From Dictyostelium discoideum (lineage: Eukaryota), in the NCBI GenBank assembly GCA_000004695.1, contig CM000154.2:2816001-2880000 (forward strand): a stretch of 64,000 nucleotides of DNA, read 5' to 3'. The notes under the pieces were generated by a model that saw nothing but the letters and a program-made list of their open reading frames with translations, was not told the origin of the DNA and ran no database searches. Below are positions 11,093 to 23,559 of this stretch, in pieces. How positions within the stretch are numbered: position 1 is the first letter of the stretch; each line of letters begins with the position of its first letter. Position numbers and translations under genes: made by a program.

Positions 11093-13058
11093 TCAAAATT
11101 TTTGATTCATTATATAAAAAAATTTTTATAAATATTTCCTTATTTCCTTATAAATAATAATAATAAATGATTTATTTTTAAATTTTTTATTTATATTTTT
11201 CAATTTTTTAGATAATATTAGAGGATTTAGTGAAAAAATAAATAATGATAAAAGAGGAAATTCAAGAAAAGAATTTGAAAATTTTAAAAAAAGAAGACAA
11301 ATTGAAAATTTATTTAAAAAAGAAGGTTTAGAGGAACCAGTAGAATTTAGAATAGATAATGGTGAAAGTGTATCAAAGATTGATGTTGAATTCATTTCAA
11401 AGAAATTAAAAGTTACAGATAAAGAGAAATATATTGATTTAAAGGATTTGATTACAGGTGAAGTTAAAAAGGTGCCAGGTTATGAAAACTATGATTTAAC
11501 ACCAGAGGAATCAGCATTTGGTTTAAAAGAGTTGGAGAATATGTTAAAGAAAAAAGATGGTGAAAAAGTTGTTGGTCAATTAATCAATGAATTGAAACAA
11601 GCATTCGGATTGGAGAGTGATGTACAAATGGATAGAAAATTAAATGATCTCAACAAAGAGATGAGTTTAAGATTAGGTGAACCAATCGAAGAGTTCATTG
11701 CAAACAATCAAAATGATAACTCTGATCTCAGCTCAAAACAAAGAGTCATCATTCACGAATACTTTGAAAGACATCCATTCCTTAAAAACGTTAGACAAAC
11801 CTCTTTTGTTTTAGATTTAATTTCACTCTCTGAACAATTTCAAAAGAGTGATAGTAAAAACTTTGAAGAGAATGTTAAGAAATATTTCAATATTGATCCA
11901 AATACAATCCAAAGTGGCAGCAGTGCTGCTGCTGAGGTGAAGGATGATTTTGATCCATTTAAATCTCAAAATTTAAATGATGTTGAATTCCTTCAACCAG
12001 TTGATACACCATTCGTTTCAGCAAGCTCTTCCAATGGTTCTTTTGAAGACAGAATGATTCAAATCATTAAATCTGGTGCTCTCTCTATGTACTTACAACA
12101 AGTTGTAAAAGATGCCACTGAATCTTTAGATCCAACTTCTGCTAAATTGGAAAGAGATCAACAAGAGAAAAGACTTCAAGATGAATTGGATATTCAAGAT
12201 CGTATCCTCGATCAAGAATTTAAAAAAATTGATTTAGAAGATAGAGAAAAAGTCCAAACCCAAGAAGATGAAAATAATGATGAGTTGGGTTTAGAAGATT
12301 ATTTAGAGGCTGATGTCACTCCAGAACTTGATATGGTCAGTCCAGAGGGTATGCAACAACAAGCTAAAGACCCAAGAGATTTATTGAAATACTACCATCT
12401 CTATCCACGTCAAGTTAAGAAATGGATCGATTATTCACATACCCCACAAGGTCTTTTCACTTCATTTGGTACTTGGTACAATCTTCCAACTTGGTACTCT
12501 CAACACTTTAAACCAACCCCACCAGAATCTCATATCTCTACCAAAAAGAATCAAAATGTATTCAAACAACTCGAATTACCAGATGATTTAAAGAATGCCT
12601 ATAGATTTGGTGTCACTGAAGAAGAAGCTCGTTTACTTCATCCAAAATTCAAAGAATTCCTTTCTTTCGCAAATGCTACTCAACCTGAAGTTAACGCTTA
12701 TCGTAAACAACTCTGTGTTGAAAAATATGGTCAATCTTTCCAAGATACTGGTTCTGCTTCAGTTCAAAGTATGTTTTTTTTTTATTTTTTTTATTTTTTC
12801 TTTTTTAAAAATATTTAATTTAACAAATTACTAATATTCTTTTTTTTTTTTTTTTTTATAATAGTTGCAATTTTAACTGATAGAATTAATTATTTGAATG
12901 CTCATTTAGAAAAGAATAAAAAAGATTTTGTTGCTAAAAAGAGAATTCCAGAAGTTGAAAAGAAAAGAAGAAGTTTAGTTGCATACTTAAAGAGAACAAA
13001 TATCGAAGAATACTTTAGAGTAACCAAAGATTTAAGATTAAAGAACTTTAGCTTTTAA
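10905..13058 (+). CDS. Mitochondrial ribosomal protein uS15 (MRPS15/MRPS28-type) with a long N-terminal extension, ~607 aa
   Basis: join(10905..10977, 11212..12768, 12865..13058). Exon 1 MIRIFQRSLIISRDQLINKCNGLN looks like a mitochondrial presequence, with donor GTAAGT at 10978. The C-terminus ...QDTGSASVQ|IAILTDRINYLNAHLEKNKKDFVAKKRIPEVEKKRRSLVAYLKRTNIEEYFRVTKDLRL matches the bacterial/mitochondrial uS15 signature (TGSxEVQiAiLTeRInhLteHlk.HkKDhhsrRgLl..v.kRrrLL.YLk). Exon-2 frame was verified for 11212..11448. Confidence 0.7.
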
Positions 13059-13281
13059 AATATAAAAAAAAAAAAATAATAAAAAAAAATAAATATAAAT
13101 ATAAATTAAATAAACAAATAAAAATAAAAGAAAAAAAAAAAAATAAAATAAAAAAAAAAAAAAAAAAATAAAAATAAAATTTAAATTAAAAGGTATATTA
13201 CAAATATAAATAATATATATATATGTAAAAGTTTTTTTTTAATTTTAAAATTTATATTATTTGTTTATTTATATCATTTAT

Positions 13282-13843
13282 TTATTCACCTTTATAAATT
13301 GGTTTTCTCTTTTCTTTAAAAGCAGTCAAACCTTCAATTCTATCTTTTGTTGGAATTACTTGAGCATAAGAAGCTTGTTCAATGATCATACCAGAGGCTT
13401 GATCAACATTCATACCACGATCAATAGCTTGTTTTGCCATACGAATTGCAATTGGACCTTTTGGAATGATTTGTTTTGCAATTTCAATTGCTTTATCGAA
13501 AGCTTCACCTTTTTCAGTTTCATATTGAACTAAACCAATCTCTAATGCACGTTTACTATCTAAAATTGCACCTGTAAAAATTAATTCTTTTGCTCTTGGA
13601 ATACCAATTAATCTTGGTAATCTTTGTGTACCACCTGCACCTGGAATAATTGCTAATCCAGTTTCTGGTAATCCCATCTTTGATGATTTACTTGCAACTC
13701 TAAAGTCACATGCTAATACCATTTCTGTACCACCACCAACTGCAACACCTTCAATTGCTGCAATTGTTGGCATTTGTAATGTCTTTCAAATTTATATATA
13801 TATATTTAATTAATAATCACAATTGTTTTTTTTTTTTTTTCCA

Positions 13844-13879
<36 letters not shown>

Positions 13880-14299
13880 ATTATTTACCTCTAATTCTGT
13901 AAAAGATGATCTTAATGAGTGAACAAATTGTGAAGCTTCAACTTGTGACATTAAAGCTCTTTCTTTAAGATCAGCACCTGAACAAAATACACCATCAACT
14001 AAACTACGAACAATAACTACTCTTGTATCTGGACAAAATCTAAGTTCATTTAAATGTGATCTAAATTGATTCATTAAATTTTTACCAAGTGCATTCTTTA
14101 CATGTCCTCTATTAAATGAAATGACACTAATACCTTTATTTTCACCCTCCAATCTTTCTAAAATACATTCTTGTTGTGTTTCTGTTGTAAATTTACGTCC
14201 AAATTTTAATGATGATGATGTTGAAAATAATATATTGTTACTTGTTACATTATTATATTTAACTGAATTTGAAACGTTTTTAATTAAATGCTTAATCAT
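13282..14299 (-). CDS. Methylglutaconyl-CoA hydratase (AUH) / enoyl-CoA hydratase family, mitochondrial, 303 aa
   Basis: join(complement 13889..14299, 13282..13782). Donor GTAAAT, acceptor GAAAG. Crotonase-fold motifs present: [10 protein letters not shown] and [56 protein letters not shown]-terminus ...[21 protein letters not shown] closely matches the human AUH C-terminus (...[21 protein letters not shown]). Confidence 0.8.
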
Positions 14300-14522
14300 T
14301 TTTGAAATTTACAAAAAATTAAAAATAAAAAAAAAAATAAAAAAAAAAAAAACTGATAAAAAAAAAAAACTGATTATATGAGGGGAATTTCATTTTTTTT
14401 TTTTTTGCTTAATTTTATAATTTTTTTTTTATTTATTTATTTAAAGCCTAAAAGATGTAATAAAAAAAAAATGTGATATATATATGTTTTTTTTATAACA
14501 ATTATTCAATTTAAATAATTTT

Positions 14523-14570
<48 letters not shown>

Positions 14571-14600
14571 GGTTTTTTTTTCTTTTTTTAATTATTTTAT

Positions 14601-17600
14601 TTAACTTGAACCACTTCCATAACCTGAACCATTTAAATTTCTATTATATCTAGCATTTGAATCTGATGATTTTGTTGCAAATAAACTTTTTGTTCTTTTT
14701 AATCTTGGTTGATTACGGAATGCAGAGATAACATTGATTTGAGTGAATACATTACGAGCCTTTTTCCAATTTGATTTTCCACCCAATAATGGTTGACTCT
14801 CAATATCAACATCAATTCCCAAGTTTTTAACATCCAATGGTTTAACTTCAATATTTGTATTGGTTCTATCTTTAAGTGGTAATAATCTAAGACAAAATCC
14901 CCAAATTAAACTACCAAACCCAATAATAATACAAAAGAACCATTGTTTATAATCCAAATGTCTAGTTCCAAAAAACTCACCACCAAATTCAACTAAAATA
15001 ACTTGAATGAATATACAGAATGAAACTACACCAACAAATACATAACTTTTATGAATATTTCTAAAAACATTTAATTCTTTTTTTTTTTTTTTTTTTAAAA
15101 ATAATAAATTAATAATTATTTTTAAAATTAAATAAATTAAATATATTCATGTTATATATTTAAATATTGTTACTTACGATTATCTAAAACTCTACAATTA
15201 ATTTCATTAAAGAATTGACAAAATACAAAAGTATTAAAAATTATAGTATGATAAACAGTTTTATCATTAGTTGTCCATTGATCAACTCTTGGTAAATCAA
15301 ATAATTCAACCATTGATGCAGCACTATACATAATTGAAAAGAGGAAAGCAATTTGATAAATTGATTGACCAATAATATTTCTCCACATACGATATGTTAT
15401 TAAAGAATCAAATCTACCATATGGACGACGATTAAAGAGTTCTTCAGAGGGTGGTTCAGTTGATAGAGCCAAAGCACCTAAAGTATCCATAATAAGATTA
15501 ACCCAAAGTAATTGAACTGGACGTAATGGACTCTCACCATTTGTTATTGAACCTACAAATGCAATCAATACGGCAACAATATTAACAGTCAATTGGAATT
15601 GAATAAATTTACGAATTGAATCATAAACATTTCTACCCCAGATAACTGCTTTGGCGATGGAATTGAAATTATCATCCAATAATACAATATCGGATGCTTC
15701 TTTGGCAACTTCAGTACCAGCAATACCCATTGAAAAACCAACATCAGCTTCCTTCAATTGTGGAGCATCATTTACACCATCACCAGTAACAGCTACAACT
15801 TCTCCCAATTCTCTTAAACGATGAACTAATCTGAATTTATCAGTTGGTGAACATCTTGCAATAACTTGTAAATGTGGGATGATTGTATCTAATTGATCAT
15901 CGGTTAGCAATCTAAATTGTGGACCTTCAATAGCTACACCACCATCTTTCAAAATACCACATTCTCTTGCTATATTCTTTGCTGTCAATATATTATCACC
16001 TGTTAACATTCTAACAAAGATACCAGCACCTTGACATCTTTTAACTGCACGTGGTACTTCTTTTCTGACTGGATCTTTAATACCAACCAAACCTAAAAAT
16101 GTTAAACCAGTATAAATTACCTTTGCCTCATCCTCTGATGATGGTTCATTATTAATTTCTTTATATGCCAAAACAAGAGTACGTAAACCTTCACTTGCAA
16201 ATATTTCAATATCCTTTTGTAGTAACATCTTTTCATCTCTACTCATTTGAGTAGATTCACCATTCTTATCGACTATATTTGTACAATTATTTAAAACAAT
16301 CTCTGCTGCACCTTTTACATAAATAATTAAACCACCTGAAATATTTTGATTTTGGTTCATTAAAACTGCTGACATTTTCTTTTCCGATGAAAATGGATAA
16401 ACTTTTACAACTCTATCTTTATTTTCTTTTCTAACAGTTTCATAGGATTGATTTGGCATAGTTTCTAACCACTCTAATAAAGCACATTCAGTTTTACTAC
16501 CAATATGATCGTTTAATCTATCTGTATGTTTTTCAATATAAGCGGTTGAATTCAAACTTATACCCTCTGCTAACAATGTTAAAATTCTTGAATTTGATAA
16601 CATTTCCATTTCACAGTCATGTTGATTAACTTTACCACTATCATTATAAACATTATGACGAGAAGATGATGAACTTGGTGAAGAATAAATATCTCTCTGT
16701 TGATCAGACATACTTGATTTTCCATTTTCTACAAAATCATCAGAATTAATTGATTTACCAATGATTTTCTTTACAACTGTCATTCTATTTTGAGTTAATG
16801 TACCAGTTTTATCGGAACAAATATTTGTTGCACCACCCATTGTTTCACATGCTTCCAAGTGACGTACTAAATTTTGATCCTTCATCATTTTCATCATACT
16901 GTATGCCAAAGAGATTGTTACTGCCAATGGTAAACCTTCAGGTACTGCAACGACAATAATTGTAATTGCTGTTACAACAAAGCCAACAATTGTACCCAAT
17001 TCACTCCAATGCCAAGTATGACCATCCTTTACAAATACAATTACATATTTTAATAATAAAACACCAAAGGTTAAAATGGCAGCAATTAAACCAAATTTAC
17101 CAATAGTTTCAGCTAATTTCTCCAATTTTTGAGTTAATGGAGTATCGGAATCTGGTGATTGTAACAATAGTTTTAATTTACCCCATTGAGAGTTTGGACC
17201 AACGGCAATTACCAACATACTTGCACTGCCTTCCAAAACTTGACAACCTGATAAAAAGAAAGGACGATCATTTGATTTTCTTTTTTGATCTGATTCACCA
17301 GTCATTGAACTTTCATCGACTGCAATACTTTGACCGGCAATGTAAAGACCATCAGCGGGAATTGTATCACCAGTTTCTAATTTAACAACATCACCAACTA
17401 CGACATCATAAACAGAGATACTTGCCAAATGACCACCTCTAACCACTGAAACATTTCTTTCATTTCTAATTGTATTAAGTTTTCTAAATTTCTTCTCTTT
17501 ATTATAATCATTTCCTGCTGTTACCAAAACCACAATTATAACTGCAACCAAGATTGCAGTACCATCGATCCAACCTGTTTTTCTATCTTCAACTGTCAAA

Positions 17601-17935
17601 CCCAATATTATTGAAACCACTGCTGAAACTATTAAAATGATTAATGTTTTATCATGTATTGCTTGCCAAATGAAAAAAAACAATGATTTTTGTGCAATTT
17701 CATTCATTTTATTTATACCAAATCTATGAATCCTCTCTTCATTTGTGGCTTCTTGCTGTGATAAACCATTCTCTTCATTTGATCCTAATCTCTTTGATAA
17801 CCCTGATACACCTCCATATCTTTGTTTAATTGCTTCATAATCCTCTTCTTGAACATATCCTGATAATTCTTCATTTGTTATACTATAATCAATTCCTCCA
17901 TTATTATTATTATTTATATCAATATTTCTATTCAT
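14601..17935 (-). CDS. Plasma-membrane-type (PMCA, P2B) Ca2+-transporting P-type ATPase, ~1077 aa
   Basis: join(complement 15178..17935, 14601..15076). Intron has GTAAGT at 15177 and acceptor (A)nAG at 15077, phase 1. P-type motifs present: DKTGTLT, TGDN, GDGVNDAPQLKEADVGFSMG. The splice joins ...FNEINCRVLDN|QLNVFRNIHKSYVFVGVVSFCIFIQVILVEFGGEFFGTRHLDYKQWFFCIIIGFGSLIWG, which is the canonical PMCA TM10 region, followed by a C-terminal tail. Confidence 0.85.
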
Positions 17936-18605
17936 TTTTTTTTTTTATAATAATAAATATTTTTTTTTTATTATTTTATTATTTTATAATTTTATCACTT
18001 TTATCATTTATTTTTTTTATTAAAAAAGAAAAATAAAAAAAATTAAGTATTTATATTGATTCAATCCCTTATTTATTTAATTTTTATTTTATTTTATTTT
18101 ATTTTTTTTTTATTTTATTTTATTTTTTTTTTTTTTTTTTTGAATTGTTTATTATTATAAAAAAAAAAAATAAAATGATAAAACAGCCAAGGCCTTATTT
18201 TTATAGAAAAAAAAAAAAAATATAATAAAATAAAATAAAATAAATAAAAAATGAAAAAATTATATAGACAACATTTGGTGAAAAAAAAAAAAAATAATTA
18301 AAAAATAAAAAAAATAAAAAATAAAAAAAAAATAAAAGAATATTATTATAATAACCACTTTATTTTAATAAAAAATTGAATAATTAAATCTTTTTTTTTA
18401 ATTTTTATTACACATATTTATTTATTTTTGAAAAAATAAAATAAAATAAAATAAAATGGTGTTTACCACTTTTTACAATATTTTAAAATTATTTTGTATT
18501 TACATTTTTTTTGAATTATTTGATAATTGAGAGATTTATAAAAAATTGTATAATCCAATTGTTACAATATGATAATTAATATCACTTTTTCATTATTATT
18601 ATTAC

Positions 18606-18639
<34 letters not shown>

Positions 18640-18710
18640 GATTAAAAAATTACTATTATTATTATATAAATTATTATTATTATTATTATTATATAAATTA
18701 TTATTATATA

Positions 18711-18986
18711 TTATTTTGATTTTGGAGTGAATACAGCGAAACCAGAGAATTCAGGGTCTTGAATTTGTTCTAATTGTCTTTTTCCTTTAACTAATAATGA
18801 TTCAATTTTATTGATATCTCTTTTTTGAATTGTAGTTGCCTTTAATCTAAATTGAGTTTTAATATAATTTGAAATTGAGGAAGAGGGATTATCCATTTCT
18901 TTTTTATTTGAAACCCTTAAAAAACTTCTATATAATGATAACACTGCTTTTTGTAAACCACTATGTCTTATTGGTGTTGTATTCAT
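18711..18986 (-). CDS. LYR-motif protein, SDHAF1-like succinate dehydrogenase assembly factor, 91 aa
   Basis: Single exon. RHSGLQKAVLSLYRSFLRV...INKIESLLVKGKRQLEQIQ parallels human SDHAF1 (SRLQRQVLSLYRDLLRA...RIEYLYRRGRRQLQLL). Confidence 0.65.
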   Translation of the reverse strand: MNTTPIRHSGLQKAVLSLYRSFLRVSNKKEMDNPSSSISNYIKTQFRLKATTIQKRDINKIESLLVKGKRQLEQIQDPEFSGFAVFTPKSK

Positions 18987-19234
18987 TTTTTTTTTTTTTT
19001 TATATATATATATCTATCTATATATAGTATTTATGTATAAATTGTGAATTTTGATATAACTTCTTAAAAAAACAAATATGACGAATATTTTTTTTTTTTT
19101 TTTTCTTTTTTTATTTTTTTTTTATTTATTTTATTTTTTTTCATTTTCAAAAAAAAAAAAAAAAAAACAAATAAAAAAAAAAATTTAAAAAATTTCATAA
19201 ACTAAAAAAGGTGTATATTTGAAATAGATCCGCA

Positions 19235-20934
19235 ATGAGTTCACAAGAAATTTTTAAAAAATATGAACAAGTAAATATTAATATTTCTTTATTTTTTATT
19301 TTTTATTTTTTTTTCTTCCCACTAATATTTAAAAAAAAAAAAATTTTAAAATAGAAAGTAGTTGAATATCAAGATCATATCGAAGAATTAAAATCAACCA
19401 AAAATGATTACAAACAATTAATTGATACACTACAACATTTACCAGATACATTACAACCAAAAATTATGGTTCCGATGGGTAAATTGGCATTTTTTGAAGG
19501 TAATCTAAAAAATACAAATGAAATTTTAATTTTATTAGGCGATAATTATTTCGCAAAAAGATCTTCAAAACAAACCATTGATATTATTCAAAGGAGAGAT
19601 AAAGGTAAATAATAAATAACAATAATTGAAAAAGAAATTCATTCTCCTAATATTATTCTATTTATTTTAGATATTGATACAAGTATAAATGATTTAAGAG
19701 AACAAATTAAAGGACTTAAACAAAGGGTTTCAATGACAACAGATTTATCAAAAGCATTACATGAGAAAGAATATGATAATATAGTAGAGATCAAAGAAGA
19801 ATATAACTCTGATGAAGAGAGAGAAAAAGAAAAGAAAAGAAAACAAAAACCACAAAAATCAACCACAACAACTACAACCACCACTACATCAAAAGATAAA
19901 CCAAAAACTGAAGAAGAGAAAAAGAAATCAAAAGAAATGGATGAAGAATTTGATAAAATGTTAAAGAGATTATCAATTTTAGAAGAAAAGGAAAATAAAA
20001 TGGGTGATGATTATGATGAAGAAGAATTTAATAAGAAATTTAATAAGAAATTAGATATTACAGGTAGTGATGAAGAATATGATGATGATAATTATAATAA
20101 TAACAATGATGATGATGATGATAATGATGAAGATGATGATCGTGAATATTATCAAGAAGAAGGATTTGAAGATGAAAAACCTGAAAATTCAAATTATAAT
20201 AAAAATATTGAAGAGGATGATCATGATGATGATGATGATTATTATGATGAAGGTGAAGAAATTGTTGAATATTATGATGAAAATGGTAATATAGTTGATA
20301 TAAATGATCCAAATGTTGAATATATTCAAGGTGATGATGATAATGATGATAATGATAATGAAGAAGATGAAGTGGATGTAGAATTAAATGAAAGTGAATT
20401 AGAAGAAATTAAAGATTTCCATATGGATAAAAAAGGGCAAGATCTTAGTGAAAAAGAAGTAAAAGAATTAACAGATTTTTATCATTCAAAACAAAAGAAA
20501 AGAATATCTTATATTGATACACCACAACCTCCAACTCCTGAAGCAACAACTTCCATTACTCCAAAATCAATCTTAAAAACAAATTCATCTGGTAATTTAA
20601 TGTCAACAATTCCAAAATCTTATAATGAAAATGACGAAAATGATATAAGAAGAGTAAGAATTTTTTTTTTTTTTTTTGGAAACCAAACCTTATCTAACAT
20701 GTGTATTGTTTTTTTTTTTTTTTTTTTATTTAGTATATTAAAAATTTAGACAAACAAGAAAAATTTGAAAATCAAAAAACTATTTCAGTTCCAAATCCTC
20801 CTAAAGATGTGGCATTCTCTGGTGATATTGTTGAGAAGGAAACTGATTTATTCCCATTTGATGAAATTCCAAAACCAACACCTCCATCAAATGCAAAACA
20901 ATCAAGATTTAAATCATCAAGACAAAATAAATAA
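19235..20934 (+). CDS. Prefoldin-alpha-like domain protein with a very long acidic D/E-rich region, probably a URI1/RMP homolog, ~505 aa
   Basis: join(19235..19270, 19355..19604, 19671..20653, 20734..20934). Donors GTAAAT/GTAAAT/GTAAGA; acceptors ATAG/TTTTAG/TTTAG. N-terminal coiled-coil region is MSSQEIFKKYEQ|KVVEYQDHIEELKSTKNDYKQLIDTLQHLPDTLQPKIMVPMGKLAFFEGNLKNTNEILILLGDNYFAKRSSKQTIDIIQRRDK. An acidic tract follows (DDDDNDEDDD..., (GAT)n). The C-terminal exon is YIKNLDKQEKFENQ...SRFKSSRQNK*. Confidence 0.55.
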
Positions 20935-21077
20935 ATAAATTAAATAATTTTATTATTTTTTTTTTTTTTATATATATTTTTTTTTTTTTTATTTATTTAT
21001 TTATTTTTCTATTTTTTTTTTTTATTTTTTTTTTTTATTTTATTAATTAAATTTTCATTCTTGGATAATTTTTTTTT

Positions 21078-22566
21078 TTACTTGGTTTTTGGTTTTTTGG
21101 TGGCTTTTTCTTTAGATTCTTCAGTGTCTTTAGTTTCTTTGGTATTTTTAGCAGCTGGTTTACTGGCTGTTGATTCAGGTTCCTTTCTTTTACCATTAGT
21201 TTTGGTAGCAGTGGTGGTTTCTTTGGTTTCTTTGGTATTTTTACCTTTTGAAACTTTAGCTTTTGGTTTTTCAACTTTTTCTTCAGCATCATCCGCTTTA
21301 GATTCTTCTTTTTTCTCTTCTTCTTTTTTCTCTTCTTCTTTTTTCTCTTCTTCTTTTTTCTCTTCTTTTTTCTCTTCAGCTTTTTCTTTCTTTTCATCAG
21401 CTTTAGCTTCTTTTTCTTCTTTTTCTTCTTTATCATCAGCTTTAGTTTCCTTTTCTTCTTTTTCTTCCTTTTCTTCTTCCTTTTCTTCTTCTTTTTCTTC
21501 TTCTTTTTCTTCTTCTTTTTCTTCTTTTTCTTCTTTTTCTTCTTTTTCATCAGCTTTTTCTTCAGACTTTTCATCAGCTTTTGGTTTCTTAGCAGCAGCT
21601 TTCTTTTTAGATTGTTTTGGAGCTGGTTTAACTGGAGCTGGTTTAGCAGCAGCTTTTTTAACAACTCTTTTAACAACCTCTTTCTTTGGTTCTTCTTCAG
21701 ATTCTTCATCTTCAGATGAAGATTCATCAGAGTCTGAATAACGACCATCATCAATTTGAGTTTCTTTTGATTTTTTAATACCTGAAGACCATGATTTCTT
21801 ATCTTCATCTGCAATCTTTTTAACAAGGTCAGCATCAACTTCCTTTAATTCTGTTAAAGAGAGTTTAAGAGCATCTGGGAAAGTTTGTGTAGCATTACCA
21901 AAGAATCTATTTACTGCTGGTGACTAATAAATAAAAAAAAATAAATAAAAATATTAATATATTAATATAATTATATAATTGAATTTCTTTTTTTTTTAAA
22001 AAAAAAAATATACATACAACATATTTTTGAATATTATATTTTTTATGACGTGGATAGAATTTATAGATTTTACAGTTGTCATAATCTTCAGCTTTCTTTG
22101 GAGAGTAAGAATCGATTTCAGCCTTCAAATCATCATATTTCTTTTGGGCAACAGCTCTAGCTTTAACAAATTCATCTCTGATTGCTTTATCAATGACTTC
22201 AGTCATCTCCTCTACTAAACCATTATCTTCAACAAATTCACCTGGATATGTTTTGATACTATCGGATAATTTATCGAAATAGATTTCAAAATCTTTGGTG
22301 ACACCAGTGACTTTGCCATCAGCATCTTTCAAAACTTTGAATGGTAATTTAGTTGGTGGTTTGGTTGGACCTGCTGTTTTTTCATCCTTCTTTTTACCTT
22401 TATTTTCTTCGACCCATTTCTTGTAGGCCTCTTCTTCTTGTTTTCTTTCTTTGATTAATTTTTCACCAGCTTCTTTGGTTAATTTACAATCCTTTAATAT
22501 GAATTGAACATTTGTAATTGGTGTAACTGAAAATGTTTTGAAAATTTTTGGAATAAGAATATCTAT

Positions 22567-22598
<32 letters not shown>

Positions 22599-23160
22599 TA
22601 GGAATTATTATTATTTTTTTTTTTTTTTTTATATATATATATATATATATATTATTATTTATAAATAAAAATTACATACATGGAAGTAAATATTGAATAT
22701 TTAATTGTTTTTCTTCAGAGATTTTTTTACCTGGACGTTCTTGTAAGTTCAATGTAAAAATTTTGTATTTTTTATTTGAAGCTTGATTGGAATATCTTGA
22801 TGGAATATATGGAGACCATGATAAATGGAAATCAGAGAAATTGTAAATATCTTCACTACCACCTTGAATTGATGCTTTACAAATTTTTGATGGTGGTGGT
22901 GATGGACAATCAAAAACAACAATATATGGCATATTAAATGCATAGTCACCTTCAACGATTGCTATTTAATTTTTAAAAAAAATAAAATAAAAAAAAGTGA
23001 ATATATAAAAAAAAAAAAAAAACCAATAAACATAAATTATTAATTTGAAATATTGATTATATTGATAATTGATAATTGATTATTGATAATTGATAATTGA
23101 TAATTGATATTGAATTAAAATTAAAATTAAAAATAAAAATAAAATTAATAAAAGGATATC

Positions 23161-23192
<32 letters not shown>

Positions 23193-23378
23193 AAATAATA
23201 ATAATAATGAAAACATACGTTGAGCACCTAAAAACATGTAAAGTGGTTTATCAGTTTGTGCATGTGAAAGTACACCTCTTTTAAATTCTCTCTTTAATTC
23301 TGGGAATGTCCATCCTTCTTTTTTCATACTTTCCCATGTATTAAATTCAAAACCGATTGGTGTTAGTTCTTTCCAATC
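21078..23378 (-). CDS. K/E-repeat protein with a histone-H1-like AKP/K-rich basic tail, ≥4 exons, 5' end unresolved, unknown function
   Basis: Partial: join(complement 23219..23378, 22680..22961, 22018..22562, 21078..21923), with more 5' exons expected above 23390. Donors are all GTATGT. The last exon (281 aa) was checked codon by codon and is stop-free: SPAVNRFFGNATQTFPDALKLSLTELKEVDADLVKK...SDSDESSSEDEESEEEPKKEVVKRVVKKAAAKPAPVKPAPKQSKKKAAAKKPKADEKSEEKADEKEEKEEKEEEKEEEK...KATKKPKTK*. The track ORFs at 21047..21838(-) and 21061..21741(+) are wrong frames of the same repeat. Earlier exons contain DWKELTPIGFEFNTWESMKKEGWTFPELKREF... and ...FKVLKDADGKVTGVTKDFEIYFDKLSDSIKTYPGEF.... Confidence 0.5.
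21290..21560. repeat. Imperfect (TTCTTC/TTTTTC)n coding repeat, giving (EEKKEEE/KEEKEE)n on the minus strand
   Basis: ttcttcttttttctcttcttcttttttctc... Periodic 18-21 nt units inside the last exon of the K/E-repeat gene. Confidence 0.7.
23054..23112. repeat. (TGATAAT)n 7-bp tandem repeat, ~8 units, in an intron/intergenic spacer
   Basis: attgattatattgataattgataattgattattgataattgataattgataattgatattg. Confidence 0.7.
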
Positions 23379-23501
23379 CTAAATGATATCATTGATTCCA
23401 AATTATTATTATTAAAAAAAAAATAAAAAGATTAGAACTTATAATTTTTAAATATTTTATATTATTTTTAAAAATAAAATAAAATAAATAAAAGAAGAGA
23501 G

Positions 23502-23553
<52 letters not shown>

Positions 23554-23559
23554 CCCAAA

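Noticed and set aside
20058-20312. His-rich ORF (HHHHHDHPLQ...) on the minus strand and Met/Ile-rich ORF 20067..20294(+)
   Set aside because: These are off-frame translations of the (GAT)n acidic tract of the URI-like gene.
21047-21838. K-rich ORF (KKKKKKKK...) on the minus strand and the FSSSFF ORF 21061..21741 on the plus strand
   Set aside because: The same (TTCTTC)n repeat read in the wrong frames. The E/K frame is the one that splices in phase to the upstream exons and terminates at 21078; it was verified stop-free by hand.
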